In this document: positions 45,414 through 57,100 of the stretch, piece by piece
How the letters are laid out: every line of letters starts with the position of its first letter
How positions within the stretch are numbered: position 1 is the stretch's first letter
DNA from: a virus
Taxonomy: Duplodnaviria; Heunggongvirae; Uroviricota; Caudoviricetes
IMG/VR virus record: IMGVR_UViG_3300042922_000270
Direction: 5' to 3' (one strand)
DNA: 64,000 nt
Program-made: the position numbers and the translations under genes
Notes under the pieces: generated by a model
Database searches by the model: none
Told to the model about the DNA's origin: nothing
The model's input: the letters and a program-made list of their open reading frames with translations, nothing else

Positions 45414-45854
45414 TTAGGGGCAGTAACGGTAGGAATCGGTGTAGTAGTCGTCATCCTGGTCATCGTAGCTGGCCATCTCAGCCCGGTAGTCGGCCTTGTC
45501 CTTGGCCATACGGTTCACGTGCTTGGGCTGAGTCCAGCACTCGTTGCAGATGTCCATGGGCTCATCGCCCTGTGCCGCGTAGAAGTCGTACCACTTCCAC
45601 TGACGCATGTCCCTGTTGAGCTTGAGCTGCTTGCAGTCCTGGCAGCAGGTCTTCTGGTTGTTGTGGTCCTCGATGTGCTGAGTGTAGCAGTCCAAGCACA
45701 CCACGTAGCGAGTGAGTGGACCAAACGAGTCGTCTTCGTTGAGGGATGCGTAGGCTTGAGCTTGGGCATCCATCAGGTGAGGGCACAACTCAGTATTGGG
45801 GTGATCCAGGAGATCCTTCGTAATGTTGAAGGACGTAGCGAGAATGTTAGCCAT
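45414..45854 (-). CDS. Cys-rich hypothetical early protein
   Basis: CPH, CLDC, CQDC, CNEC motifs; SD hairpin. Confidence 0.8.
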   Translation of the reverse strand: MANILATSFNITKDLLDHPNTELCPHLMDAQAQAYASLNEDDSFGPLTRYVVCLDCYTQHIEDHNNQKTCCQDCKQLKLNRDMRQWKWYDFYAAQGDEPMDICNECWTQPKHVNRMAKDKADYRAEMASYDDQDDDYYTDSYRYCP

Positions 45855-45934
45855 TGTTATCAGTTCCTTTCACGAACTAATATGTGGGATTGTGCAGGGA
45901 TTTACCCGGTTACACTGCACAGTCAACCGTGACA

Positions 45935-46231
45935 TTAGTTCTTCAGCCAGCCCAGCTTGGCCATGTCTTCGAGGTTCAGAGGCGTGATGAAGTCGCCATC
46001 AGTGTCGCCCATGTTGTTGTAGTACAAGGGATCGGTCTTCAAAGCAGCCCAGGAGTAGAACTTAACATCCGAGCCATCAGCAGCGTAGCCCGAGATGAAG
46101 TAGTGCCACACACTGCCCACTTTACGGGCGTACAGCTTGGCGCCCGATTGCAGCATCATGGAGTGGCCACGACGGAGAGCACGACGGATCTTGTGGTTGA
46201 TGTGGTAGGCCTGAACGAACATGGTCTTCAT
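45935..46231 (-). CDS. hypothetical early protein
   Basis: Start MKTMFV after SD hairpin. Confidence 0.75.
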   Translation of the reverse strand: MKTMFVQAYHINHKIRRALRRGHSMMLQSGAKLYARKVGSVWHYFISGYAADGSDVKFYSWAALKTDPLYYNNMGDTDGDFITPLNLEDMAKLGWLKN

Positions 46232-46339
46232 AGTGTTTAGTTCCTTTCGTAGAACTAAGGCTGGTCTCGCTAGGTTACAGCCATTAACCCTAGTCTCAGA
46301 GCCCTCCACATATCGTGAAAGGCGCTGAGTTAGAGTTAA

Positions 46340-47182
46340 CTACTTCTGGTTCTTAGTAACCCAATCACCGATGAAGTTGTAGATCTCCTCAAAGGACATA
46401 GTCTCCAGAACCTTAGCGTTAAGCTCAAGGTGAGACTTGCTCTCAGAGATGATGAGCTGCTCCACAGGGAAATTGCGAACAGAGACCAGAAGGTTCTCCA
46501 TGAAACGCTTGGTCCGCTTACCAAAGCCAGTGCTGATATCACTGATAGCGTAATCCACATCATCAGCAACACGCTGGTTGATGTTAGCAGAGGCATCACG
46601 CTCACTGTAGAGGATCTGCATGTGAGCATCATTGAACAGGCCAACATCCATGAGAGTCTGCACCTGCTCTTCGGTCAGGGACTGGAAGCGGCTAACGTTG
46701 TCGAAGTTGGTGAGACGCATACGAGGCATGTGGAATGCATCAATATCAAACGTCACGACCTGAATGGGCTGCTTGGGCAAGACACCGGCACGAACGCACA
46801 ATTCGAAGTTGGTCTTGTTCTTACGGGTGCTGGCTTTACGAACAGCAGGCATAGCAACGTAGTTATCGGGGTTCTGCTTCACGTAGCGCTCTTGGAATTC
46901 ACGCTCCTCACCCTTGTGCTCGACTTCGTAGTATTCGACTTGATAGGTGTAACCCTCAAGACGCCACTCGATCTTGTCATTGACGGCGTTGGGCATGAAC
47001 AGCTTGTCCAGGTTGTCCTGGCTCTTCCAGAAGAAGTTGCGCCAGGCGTGAGGATGACCAGTGGTTTCGGGGTTGATCTGCTTGAGTTTGGTCTTGAACA
47101 ATCCCTTGGTGATAGGCGCATCGAACTGCAGATCAACGTGGAGATTACGAGGACCAGAGATAACCATGTGGAAAGTCTTCAT
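46340..47182 (-). CDS. hypothetical early protein
   Basis: 280 aa after SD hairpin. Confidence 0.8.
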   Translation of the reverse strand: MKTFHMVISGPRNLHVDLQFDAPITKGLFKTKLKQINPETTGHPHAWRNFFWKSQDNLDKLFMPNAVNDKIEWRLEGYTYQVEYYEVEHKGEEREFQERYVKQNPDNYVAMPAVRKASTRKNKTNFELCVRAGVLPKQPIQVVTFDIDAFHMPRMRLTNFDNVSRFQSLTEEQVQTLMDVGLFNDAHMQILYSERDASANINQRVADDVDYAISDISTGFGKRTKRFMENLLVSVRNFPVEQLIISESKSHLELNAKVLETMSFEEIYNFIGDWVTKNQK

Positions 47183-47246
47183 TTGTATTAGTTCCTTTCA
47201 CGAACTAAAGAAGGGGAGACCATTAAGATCTCCCCCAGTAATACCG

Positions 47247-47564
47247 TTAGACGAAGTTAGCGGTAGCCAGGTGGTTAACGCTATCGTGGAGGTAGTTGGC
47301 CTTCATGATAACGCCCTGACGATAGCCCTCAGCCTTGAGGGAGTACTTGAAGGTGAGGTGATTGTAGAGACCAACCAGGTCATCCAAGACGGCGATCTTA
47401 CGGCCGTACTCGGTGCCGTCCACACGGCTGTTGATGAACATGCTCTCCAGTTCATGGATGATGCCGCCGTAGCGCTGAACAGTCTCCATGATCTTGGTGG
47501 TGTTGTTGATGTCGATGGCCACGACCTCACGGGCGATGGTGATGGCGGTGTCGATGTTGATCAT
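47247..47564 (-). CDS. hypothetical early protein
   Basis: After SD hairpin. Confidence 0.75.
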   Translation of the reverse strand: MINIDTAITIAREVVAIDINNTTKIMETVQRYGGIIHELESMFINSRVDGTEYGRKIAVLDDLVGLYNHLTFKYSLKAEGYRQGVIMKANYLHDSVNHLATANFV

Positions 47565-47629
47565 TGTCTTAATCTCCTTTCACGAGATAGACGGTGAGCA
47601 GTTTAACCTCATGCTCAGGAGGGCAGAAA

Positions 47630-47857
47630 CTAATCGAACCAGGTGTTGTTGTACTCGTCCCGTGCACGACGGAAACGATCAGCGTCAACCACGTTACCCT
47701 TAGACGCCTTGTGCTTCTTGTTGGCTGCCTCAGCCTGCTTATCCCACTTAGCCTTGAGGGCCTCCATTTCAGGAGACCCGGCCTCGGGAAGCTTGATACC
47801 CAAGTGAGAGATGTCCTGACCAAACATATCAGGAGTGACCACGATCTTCTTGCTCAT
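47630..47857 (-). CDS. hypothetical early protein
   Basis: Start MSKKIV after AAGGAGG. Confidence 0.7.
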   Translation of the reverse strand: MSKKIVVTPDMFGQDISHLGIKLPEAGSPEMEALKAKWDKQAEAANKKHKASKGNVVDADRFRRARDEYNNTWFD

Positions 47858-47870
47858 AATCATACCCTCC

Positions 47871-48068
47871 TTAGAACCGCACACCGGCGTTGATAGCGAG
47901 AGTGTAGCCCAGGCCGATGCAGAAGAGAACCATAGCGATAAGCATCCAGATGGTGAAGACAATGGTGATCCGCTTGTTGCGAGCTTTACGCTGACGAGTG
48001 CGCTCCCAGTTGATCTTGACCTCGATCTCCTGAAGCATGTCCTTGAGGTAGAAGTGCTGGTTGTTCAT
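47871..48068 (-). CDS. small membrane protein
   Basis: Start MNNQHF after SD hairpin; C-terminal TM. Confidence 0.7.
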   Translation of the reverse strand: MNNQHFYLKDMLQEIEVKINWERTRQRKARNKRITIVFTIWMLIAMVLFCIGLGYTLAINAGVRF

Positions 48069-48090
48069 GGTGTAATCTCCTTTCACGAGA

Positions 48091-48246
48091 CTAAGCCGAA
48101 AGCCAGGACAGGAAGAAAGCAGCGACAGCACCAAGCGTGTACTTGATGCCGGCGTGCCAACGGTAGCGCTGAGTGAGCTTGGCCTCACGCTTGGACACGT
48201 ACGTGCCGCGCACCTTGGTCATGACGATAACAGTGTTGGAAGCCAT
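48091..48246 (-). CDS. 51-aa membrane-anchored peptide (not in ORF track)
   Basis: MASNTVIVMTK...LGAVAAFFLSWLSA after SD hairpin. Confidence 0.65.
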   Translation of the reverse strand: MASNTVIVMTKVRGTYVSKREAKLTQRYRWHAGIKYTLGAVAAFFLSWLSA

Positions 48247-48350
48247 GGTGATATATTCTCCTTTCACGAGAATACTTAGTCCACCTACACGATGTAGATA
48301 GTACTAATGACCAGGCCCTCCACATGGAAGGACCTGGATTTAGTACTATA

Positions 48351-48626
48351 CTACTTAGCCTTAGTAGCGATGTACACCTGACCCTTGTTGTTCATAACCA
48401 TAGCAGAGGTGATGCGGATACCCCGACCAGCGAACCAGTAGGCAGCATTGAGGACGTCCTCCTCGTAGAAGTCGTAGCCCTTGTTGTCAATGGTCATAGC
48501 GTTCTCAGCAGCCAGCTTGAGTTCGGCATCAGTGTAGGCCTCCATCCAATTCGTACCAGTAGGAGTAGCCAAGAGAAAGAGAACCGAGATGAGGAACGTG
48601 GTGAAACCGATAGCGTTCTTAATCAT
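48351..48626 (-). CDS. hypothetical protein with signal peptide/TM
   Basis: Start MIKNAI after SD hairpin. Confidence 0.7.
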   Translation of the reverse strand: MIKNAIGFTTFLISVLFLLATPTGTNWMEAYTDAELKLAAENAMTIDNKGYDFYEEDVLNAAYWFAGRGIRITSAMVMNNKGQVYIATKAK

Positions 48627-48737
48627 TGTTATTAGTTCCTTTCGTAGAACTAACATAGGATAGCGCCATACACTGTGTATAGCAATAACCCTAATGACTA
48701 GGCCCTCCCCGAAGGAAGGACCTAGGTTTAGAGTTAT

Positions 48738-48935
48738 TTAGTTGTTGATGATACCCCAGTAAGTATCACGGTAAATGGTATCACCATGACCCTTGATACC
48801 GTACCAGGCATCCGAGAAACCCGAGTGAGGGTGGAAGTAGTTGTTCACATCGAACTTGGACATGTAAGCGTCCTGAGCAGCCTTGGCCTGTTCCTGAGCG
48901 TACGAGACCACGTGAGCGTTGAGGTTGGTGGACAT
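48738..48935 (-). CDS. hypothetical early protein
   Basis: After SD hairpin. Confidence 0.7.
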   Translation of the reverse strand: MSTNLNAHVVSYAQEQAKAAQDAYMSKFDVNNYFHPHSGFSDAWYGIKGHGDTIYRDTYWGIINN

Positions 48936-49037
48936 AATATTCTCCTTTCACGAGAACATCTAGCTACCGGGCACGATACCCAATAGTCCTAGTGGCTAAG
49001 CTCTCCTCCGAAGAGAAGAGCCTAGATCTAAGACTAT

Positions 49038-49751
49038 CTACGCCTGCTGGGACAGGAAGTACTGTACACGCACACGCTCAAGGTGCTCCTGCTCAGCACG
49101 GGCAGCAGCAAGGGTGTACTGTACAGCCACCTGGTGCTTGTCCTTGTGGGTGGTGTACTTGGACTTGTAGCGGTCCACGTAGTCCTGTGCACCGTAGGAC
49201 AGGAGAGCGTACTCAATACCAAGCTCAGCAGCAAGCTCAAGCTCAGCCTCAATACGCTCATTGTACTCAACGCTGTTAGCATTAAGCATGTCCTTACGAA
49301 GGGCATCCTCGATAGCCTTCTGCTCATCAATGGTAGCCTGCTCATCCTTGTACATGTCAGTGACAAGATCAGTACGACGAGTGTTATCGTAGTTGATCTC
49401 CCACAGGAAGGCAGCGCAGGTAGCGGTGAACATACCAGCCATGAATGCCCACATGTAGATCATCTCCACGAAGGTATCGTACACCTTACCAGTGAACATC
49501 TCATTGGTAGGCATGATCTCAGCCACACCCATGAAGGTGAGGATGGAGGCGATGACAGGGACAATCGTCCCCACCACACGGGTCTTACGGCTAGCAACAC
49601 GCATGCTGTACACCTCAGCACGCATCAGAGGACGACCGTAGTAGCCATCCGTGATAGCGTTGGTGCTACAGGTCTTCGCGATAGCCTGAGCGATGAGGCC
49701 AGCGAGAGCGGGGAAGAGAACGACGACCAGGAGGAAGATAACGTTAGACAT
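49038..49751 (-). CDS. membrane protein (3 TM plus helical tail)
   Basis: Start MSNVIF after SD hairpin. Confidence 0.8.
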   Translation of the reverse strand: MSNVIFLLVVVLFPALAGLIAQAIAKTCSTNAITDGYYGRPLMRAEVYSMRVASRKTRVVGTIVPVIASILTFMGVAEIMPTNEMFTGKVYDTFVEMIYMWAFMAGMFTATCAAFLWEINYDNTRRTDLVTDMYKDEQATIDEQKAIEDALRKDMLNANSVEYNERIEAELELAAELGIEYALLSYGAQDYVDRYKSKYTTHKDKHQVAVQYTLAAARAEQEHLERVRVQYFLSQQA

Positions 49752-49971
49752 AGTATTGTCTCCTTTCACGAGACTAAGAAAGTGCAAGTACCCACCCCCT
49801 ACTGGGGGGTACCCCACCATCTACTATATTCTAAGTTTTCTCCCGACCCCACTTCCCACAATAGTTTATATAAAGTATACTATAGATTAGGTACCATAAA
49901 TTAGGGTACCCATAAATACACTATGACCCATTGCCTCAACTGGCGGGGGTCCCATTAGGAGACCATCACAC

Positions 49972-50184
49972 ATGGACCATCACCACGAAGACATAAAGAA
50001 TAGAATTCTAGATGAACAGATTCGTAATCTTCGCGCTACCCTTGAATTAGCCAACCAGATATTAGCCGACATTGAGCGTAAACGTAACTCAGATAAGTTG
50101 TTTGAGTTTATGAAAGACTCTATGCCTAAAGAGATTAGGGATGCTATGGATCAGATGAAGAAGGAGCTACTTGACGATGAATAA
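49972..50184 (+). CDS. hypothetical coiled-coil protein
   Basis: AGGAG SD. Confidence 0.7.
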   Translation: MDHHHEDIKNRILDEQIRNLRATLELANQILADIERKRNSDKLFEFMKDSMPKEIRDAMDQMKKELLDDE

Positions 50185-50413
50185 TGACAAGCAACTATCA
50201 CAAGTACTCAAGTGGTATGGGGACTGCTTAGAGGAAAACACACATCTACGTAAGAGGCTCCTGGAGGCCGATTCTGCTGCTTCAGCTTTAGCAGGTATCA
50301 TTGCTGAGTTGGGCACTCCCGAGATGAAGCATGAGGCTAAGGCGGCCATTAAGTTCCTAATGATGTTGAACGCACATCCCTTTGAGAAACAGGCACCTGA
50401 CGATGACGCCTAA
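50171..50413 (+). CDS. hypothetical protein
   Basis: AAGGAG SD, coupled ORF. Confidence 0.65.
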   Translation: MTMNNDKQLSQVLKWYGDCLEENTHLRKRLLEADSAASALAGIIAELGTPEMKHEAKAAIKFLMMLNAHPFEKQAPDDDA

Positions 50414-50621
50414 GGAGTACTTGAATCACTTAAATAAACAGGCTAAGGTCTTCAAAGCTGTGTCCCAGATTATGGGTAAGATGGAGGTGATAGAGATGCA
50501 GCGAATGGAGATAGACCTACTAATAAATGATATAGAGAAGTTAGATCCTGAGATAGCCGCCTCCCTACGGTCGACGGACCTTAGAAACATTACCCTAAGG
50601 GGTGACGGAGGTGAAGAGTAA
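50382..50621 (+). CDS. hypothetical protein
   Basis: Coupled ORF; real start may be MTPKEY. Confidence 0.6.
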   Translation: MRNRHLTMTPKEYLNHLNKQAKVFKAVSQIMGKMEVIEMQRMEIDLLINDIEKLDPEIAASLRSTDLRNITLRGDGGEE

Positions 50622-50881
50622 TGGCTCAACAAAGAGTACAACTTAATAGGTGGGTATTACCTGAGACCCTTGAGTTCTTAAACAACCTAGCTATTGTTCG
50701 AGGATACAAGCAGGGACCTATGATGGATCGTGTCATAGAAGAGTATCAGGACCCGCCAGTATACTATCTAATGGATAAGTTGGTAGAGAAGCTGCCCAAG
50801 GAGAATTACTTTACAGAGGCAGAGAGGTTCCAGCTTGAACAACTGAAAGAGATTATCGACCGTGAACTTCAGAGACCATGA
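50621..50881 (+). CDS. possible ribbon-helix-helix DNA-binding protein
   Basis: QRVQLNRWVLPETLEFLNNLA...QGPMMDRVIEEY beta-alpha-alpha pattern; GGAGGT SD. Confidence 0.5.
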   Translation: MAQQRVQLNRWVLPETLEFLNNLAIVRGYKQGPMMDRVIEEYQDPPVYYLMDKLVEKLPKENYFTEAERFQLEQLKEIIDRELQRP

Positions 50882-51174
50882 GAAACTAGCGCAGACTGAA
50901 GTCTTTAAGGATAATAAATTCTTAGCTGTCCACTTAAAGATAAACGAATTCAAGATTCAGATAAATAGACTTAACGAGCTACTAAAGAAGAAGATGTAGA
51001 AAGAGGGGGTCCCATGACCCCCTCTAACTACACCTATACCCAGAGAATGTATCTAATAGGATCGAAAGTCGCCTCAATGTGGGCCCTATTAGATACCTGG
51101 AAAACTTATCAAGTAAAATGGGGACCCCTCACAAAGGGGGTCCCCATATTAAGTTATATAATCGAGATCACTTC

Positions 51175-54100
51175 TTATGCATCTTTGTTGGGTTGATCAA
51201 AGACACTGTTGCCCTCTTGCTCTGTGCTTGCTGCTTCGTAACTAGAGAATGAGATAGTGTCATCATCAGCTTCAAAACCATGATCTTCTGAGTTCTCTCT
51301 GTGATAAACAGCTAGGACCTCACCAGTGGCTTCATAGATGACCTGATACTCTTGTTCACCACCAAACTCTGTATCCATATCATCAAATGCAGAGTCCTGG
51401 TAAGCTTCGGTTAGTCCTCCTAGTTGTGAAACCATCTGGTGTAGCGGACCAGGGGTCTTTAATAGTCCAGTGGCGTGAGCTGCGGCTTCTAATAGGAATG
51501 CTGCTCCTAGACCAACTAGACCACCACCGATAGCTCCTGTGACCTTAGAGGCAGTAGCTTGTAGTGACTTACCGAATAGGTTCTGAGTCATCTTAACTCC
51601 ACCCATAGCACCACCCATACCGGCTGCGATAGATCCACCAATGATTCCTAGTCTTACTGCTGCTTCGCCCTTATCAGGAGTCTCATTAACAATAGACTTA
51701 ATCATAACTGTTGGGTTCATCATTGTTGCACCGATAGCTGCGTTGGCTGCAAAGGCTTCTTCAGTACTACCACCCATCACACCTGCCATAGTAGCAGCAC
51801 CAAGAGCAGCACCAACAAAGATGTTACCGAAGCCACTCATGAATGCTCTACCACCTCTAGTCTCAAGACCTTGATCGATCTGTCTGGCTATATCGTTAGG
51901 TGATAGTTTGTGCTCTGCAGCGTACTGTGAAGGTTTGACACCCAACATACCTGCCCATGAAGCTTCCATCTTATGGCGAGCATACTTTCTAAACTCTTCT
52001 GCATCAGCAGACTTATCTAGCTTCTCTGCATCTACCTTTTCGATAATGTCGTCATAGGCCATGTCTCCGAACTTATCGTTCAGGTCCTTTATCTTGGTTA
52101 CGTTGGTATTATCTAGATACTGTAGGGCATGTGAAACATCAGTGCTCTTAGCGTATGCATCATAGATCTTTTGGATACTATCAGCAAACATAGGAGCATC
52201 AGTTACCTGTGAAGCTGCTTTCCTAATGTCGTCAGCGCTGTTGTAATCCATTAGGATATCTGTTAGAGCATCCTTGAAGTTATCAGCATTACGAATCTTG
52301 CCACGTGAAGCCATGTTAGCAAAGATCTGTAGCTTAGTCTTCCTGGACATACCGTCAGCTCTATTGAATAGAGTCTGAGAGTCTGCTCCGTTAAGTGCAC
52401 TACCATAAGCAATGTAGTCCTGACGGTACTGAGCTAGTGAGGGGTCCCACATACTGTAAGATGCCCAGTCAGCCATATTCTGACCTTGTGTCATTAGGTG
52501 TTGCTTGAGTAGGTTATCTACCAGAGCCTTGCCCTTCTTATCAGCATACATACGCTTAATGGCATCGTCTCTAGTCTTCTCATTGATTAGGTCATCAGCA
52601 AAGCTTCTGAGATCATCTATGTTCTGGTAGGGCCTAGTCTTTAGACCTGTAACAGGATCCTTATACTCCCAAGCCATTAGCTCTTTCACTAGTGGTGAAG
52701 TATCGTCAGTAAAGGCTCCTACTAGGTGTTCCTCAGCCATAATAGAATAACCAGCAGAGTTCTTCTTAAGAAGAGCCTTTACTAGTTCAGGTCCACCGAC
52801 CTTATTTAGTTCGCTAACCTGGTCACTGTAGAAGCTAGTAAAGCCTCTAGCCATATCTCTATTGATAGCGTCTAGCTGTTCAGGGGTATGACTATTGGTT
52901 AGACCAAGGAAGTCCTTACCCTCTACCATAGTGTAGAAGGCTTCGAGTGCTTGTGTACGTTCTTGGCCTAGTACAAACTCCATACCTGAAGCGACTTCAC
53001 TAGCGTCATTTCTGTATAGACTTCTTAGTAGACTTAGAGCACCTTGGTCAATCTTAGGCTTAATGGCGTCACGCGCCATCTGCTGTGCTAGTAGAACAAT
53101 ACTGTGAACCTTAGTATGTTCTTCCATTACAGCATCGTATCTATCCACAGCAGCTTGAACTGAAGGCGTTAGATCCTTACCTCTTAGTGACTCAATAGCT
53201 AGTCTTGAATTAGTGAACTTGGTACCATCTGCACCCATAGCGTTCACTACAGCTGCAGCAGCCTTTGCACGCTTGGCATCGAAGTGTGTCTGTACAGTGA
53301 ATGAAGCTTCATACACTTTACCGATTAGGAAGGTAGCAGCAAAGGCGGAGGCACTGAATAGAGCAGCTAGGTCTCTGTCAGTAACCTTTAGACCCTCAGC
53401 ACCTAGTGCAACAGGAGATACTATACGGTTGCCCTTAGAGTCGTAGGTAACCTTCTGTGTCTTGTCATCTACTAGAGTACCTGACACTGAAGCGAGTTCT
53501 TTCGAGAGAAGCTTATATGACTCAGAGTCTGTAAGCTTACTCTTATTCTTACCCATGAACTCTAGGTAAGCATCCTGCTCAGTCATGTGAGAGTTAGCAC
53601 TCATGATGTCTCTGACACCAGCACTTACGTCTGATGAGATACCAGTAATGTCAGCAGAGAACTTAATTGAAGCTACAGCTAGCCTAAAGGTGCTGTCCTT
53701 ACGTGCCCTGAAAGCATTAAGCTCTATTGTCTGGTCTGCAGTTAGACTACCAGGCTTGTTCTTATCTCTACTCTCTAGAGCATGTAGGTAAGCTCTAGCA
53801 CGAGCAGTAGATAGCTGCTTACCCTTACGAGTTACGTCATATAGGGAGTCATCACTAAAGAGACCATTGTCACCCAATACATGGTAGGCGAACTTAATGG
53901 CTTTCTCTTGAGCACTGTATCTCATGTCTCTGTTAACAGCCTTGAGGGATAGTTCCTCTTCCTGTGTTAACAGACCACTATCGATAAGTGCTAGTGACTG
54001 TAGTGCTGTGTATCTATTTAGTCTTGCTACTGAGGCCGTGTCACCGTCAAAGTCACCGAAGTTGAACATCATTGAACCAGCGCCCATTAGGACTGATCTT

Positions 54101-57100
54101 CTGAAGTGTCTCTCAGACATAGGAGCTGTCTTGAAGAATAGATCGTTAGCTTCCTGGATGGTGTAGATCTTATTAGCAGTCAGACCCATTGGACCCATAG
54201 GGGCACCAGCACGCTGGAACATACCAGTCATAAGCTTGTGTCTTGATTCTGGGTTCTCAAAGATCTTCTCTAGAATTTCGTCTGTACTTAGTGAAGCTAG
54301 CTTGAGGGCTTGGATCTCTCTACGTACCTGGTCACGCCTCTTAGAAGGATCAGTTACCTCATGACGTCTAGTCCTTCTCTTAAACTCATAGGCACGGCCG
54401 TGGGTCATATCCCTCACTTCAGCTCTTAACTTGGTAGCCTCGTGTTCTAGGTTACGTAGTTCATACCTAATGTCATCATTGAGAGCTGCTCCGTCACCAA
54501 CATAGTAGTCAATCTGACTTTCGATGTTGTAGATACGTTGACGAAGCTCTTTAACGTCGTCCTTGAAAAGAGCCTTATCCTCTTCAACCAGACTATCGTA
54601 GTGAGCCTTATCACTACTGTCTAGGTTCCACTCCCAACGTCTACCACGAACCTTATCTACTAGACCGGTAATGGGATTAACTTCTACTGTTCTTCCACGA
54701 CCAATATCAAATGTATCGTATCCCTTGATAACATCTACAACGATACCTCTGCGGGAACGAACTACCCTTCTGCCTCTCCAGTTGTCTTTACCCAGTGGAA
54801 TATCGTGTCTGAGAGCGATCCCTCTATCATCTACTCCCTTGCCATACTTATGAACAACTTCTCTTCTAGAAGTTCTATCTGGTCTTTTTAGCTCTAGAGC
54901 GTTAATGTCGTCCGTAAGAGCCTGATACTCTTTAGCACGGGCTTCTAGACCATTAGCTACTGAGTGACCATAGAGACGACCATTTAGAACCCTGCCTACA
55001 CCAAGCTTCTCGCCTAGTTGTAGTACACGGTCCCTGTAGTCTTTAGCAACCATGTCCTCTAGACCTGGCTTACCAAAATAGATTGATTTCTCCCTGAAGG
55101 TTTGCTTGATCTCAGCAATGGCTTCGTCTTTCATGTTCTTGTAGGCTTCTGTACCAAGAACCATTACCCCTTCAGGTAGTTCGTGGTGCATACCTACAAT
55201 CATGTTCTGGCCACCGACGGATAGTTGACCTCCTAGTGCCTTCTGGAAGTCAGTAGCAGCCGCTGCTTTCTGTGCGTCTTCTAGGTCAGACACTAGCTCC
55301 ATGAAGTGACTATAGACTTCTCTCTGAGCATCAGTTAGTCCACCAGCCCTTACGCGACCATTGGGGAACAGTTCTTGTAGCTCAGGTAGCATCTGAATAA
55401 TCTCTACCTGCTTAGCTTGGATCTCGTGTGAGAAGTCCTCGAATGATCCTAGTGATAGTAGGCTGTTAGCTGACATGAGTCGAATCTCACGTAGAGAGGC
55501 TGTACCTAGAGATTCACTGAATACGAACTTACCAGTACGCTCATCAAGCTTACCTAGCTCAGGAACCATCAAAGTACGTGCACCCACGCCAGCAGCCTTC
55601 TCAGCCTCTAGGAAGCTGTGTATCATGCTAGACTCATACGAACCCACAATGTTATGTGAAGGGCCCTTGCTGGCCATGCTAGTGGCCTTTATGTTGATCT
55701 TGTCAGTGACTACCTTAAGTTTTCTACCAGCTTCAGCTAAAGTCATATGTGATCCGTCATACTTAGATGACTTACCAGCAATGTATCTCTGTAGTGCAGT
55801 AAGCTCAATGAACTCATTGTGCATGTCCATTGTGTAGAAGGACATGGGAGTATTATCTAGACCACCAACAACATACTCAGATGTTGGAGCTAGTCCTTCG
55901 AGTAGACCGTGACTGATTAGTTCGCTGTAGGCAGATACTCTACCAGTTACACGCTGGTCCATAGCCATCATGTCCATAAACGAGTCTGTGTACTTACCTG
56001 AGTGATAGTTCAGGAAGTTAACTCTGTTACGGCTAGACATGGTGACAGCTGAAGCAGACATCGTTGAGATGAAGCTTAGGGGGATGATACCTAATAGATC
56101 ATCTCCAAGAAGACCCTTAAGTTCAGTCCTGTCTATATTAGATAGGAAGTTATTAGCGTGTAGACCGAAGGCTAGGAAGGCACTAGCAATATGCTGAGTG
56201 TGCCTACCAGACATCGTTACGTGACCTCTTCTGTTGATTTCCTTACGGGTGTTCTGGAAGAGTTCTTTAGCACGAGCAACCTTATAACTAGCGTCATCAC
56301 TAGCTCTAATGTTATCGATTACTTTCTTGGTTGCAGGGTCTACATAGTCCTTAAACCTGTCGAATAGATCAAAGAACTTACTATCAAGAAGGTCACCTAC
56401 GTTAGACTCATTAATGATATCAAAGGCTAGGCCTGACTTAATAACCTCTAGACCAGTCTGGATTAGAGCATCACCTGTCTTAATAGTACCTGAGCCGAAT
56501 AGTACGTTAGCCTTAGCAAGACCCATCTTTGTGTATGTGTCTGCCTTGGTACCCTTAGTTTGTTGAGCGATCCTATCTAAGGTCGTGAAGAGTCTAGAGT
56601 TCTCTCTAACAATCATTAGAGGAGCCTTCATACCAGTCATCACACGATCACCAGTTTGTAGTGATCTTAGGACCTCACCTTCAACATTTAGCTTATAAGT
56701 ATTGTCTGAGAGCTGAAGAGATAGCTTGTCTAGGTCGATAATGAATTCTACATCTGCACCCTGGTGTCTACTGGTAGGTAGAGCAAGACCCTGACGAATT
56801 CTCTTCTCAGTGCCTGGCTGGAGTATATCCATAATATTTAGAGTATGGCCAATAGAGTCTAGACCAGCGGTGCTGATTCTATACTTACCGCCACCCATGT
56901 GAGTAGCCTTGTTAGGATTCTTAGCTAGGTCGGTTAGGTGATCTCTCAATAGCACGAATGATTCAGGATCGATTAGTGCTTGTCTTCCCTTAACAGTCTT
57001 GCTGTATCCTGTTGAGAATTTACTCTCCCCTAGGCGTGCAGCATCGAAGTAAGCTACGTCACCACCCATACCAGGAGCCATGTAACCTACAAATCTTACA

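Larger units (their letters stand above)
37957..49774 (-). promoter_or_regulatory. 15 dispersed SD-occluding hairpins (loop ending GAAAG)
   Basis: Copies start at 37957, 42709, 43714, 44732, 45054, 45330, 45862, 46237, 47188, 47572, 48073, 48254, 48632, 48937, 49758. Confidence 0.85.

Noticed and set aside
44729-49776. CTCCTTTCACGAG repeats as a CRISPR array
   Set aside because: Spacing is irregular, whole genes lie between copies, stems covary, and no cas genes are present
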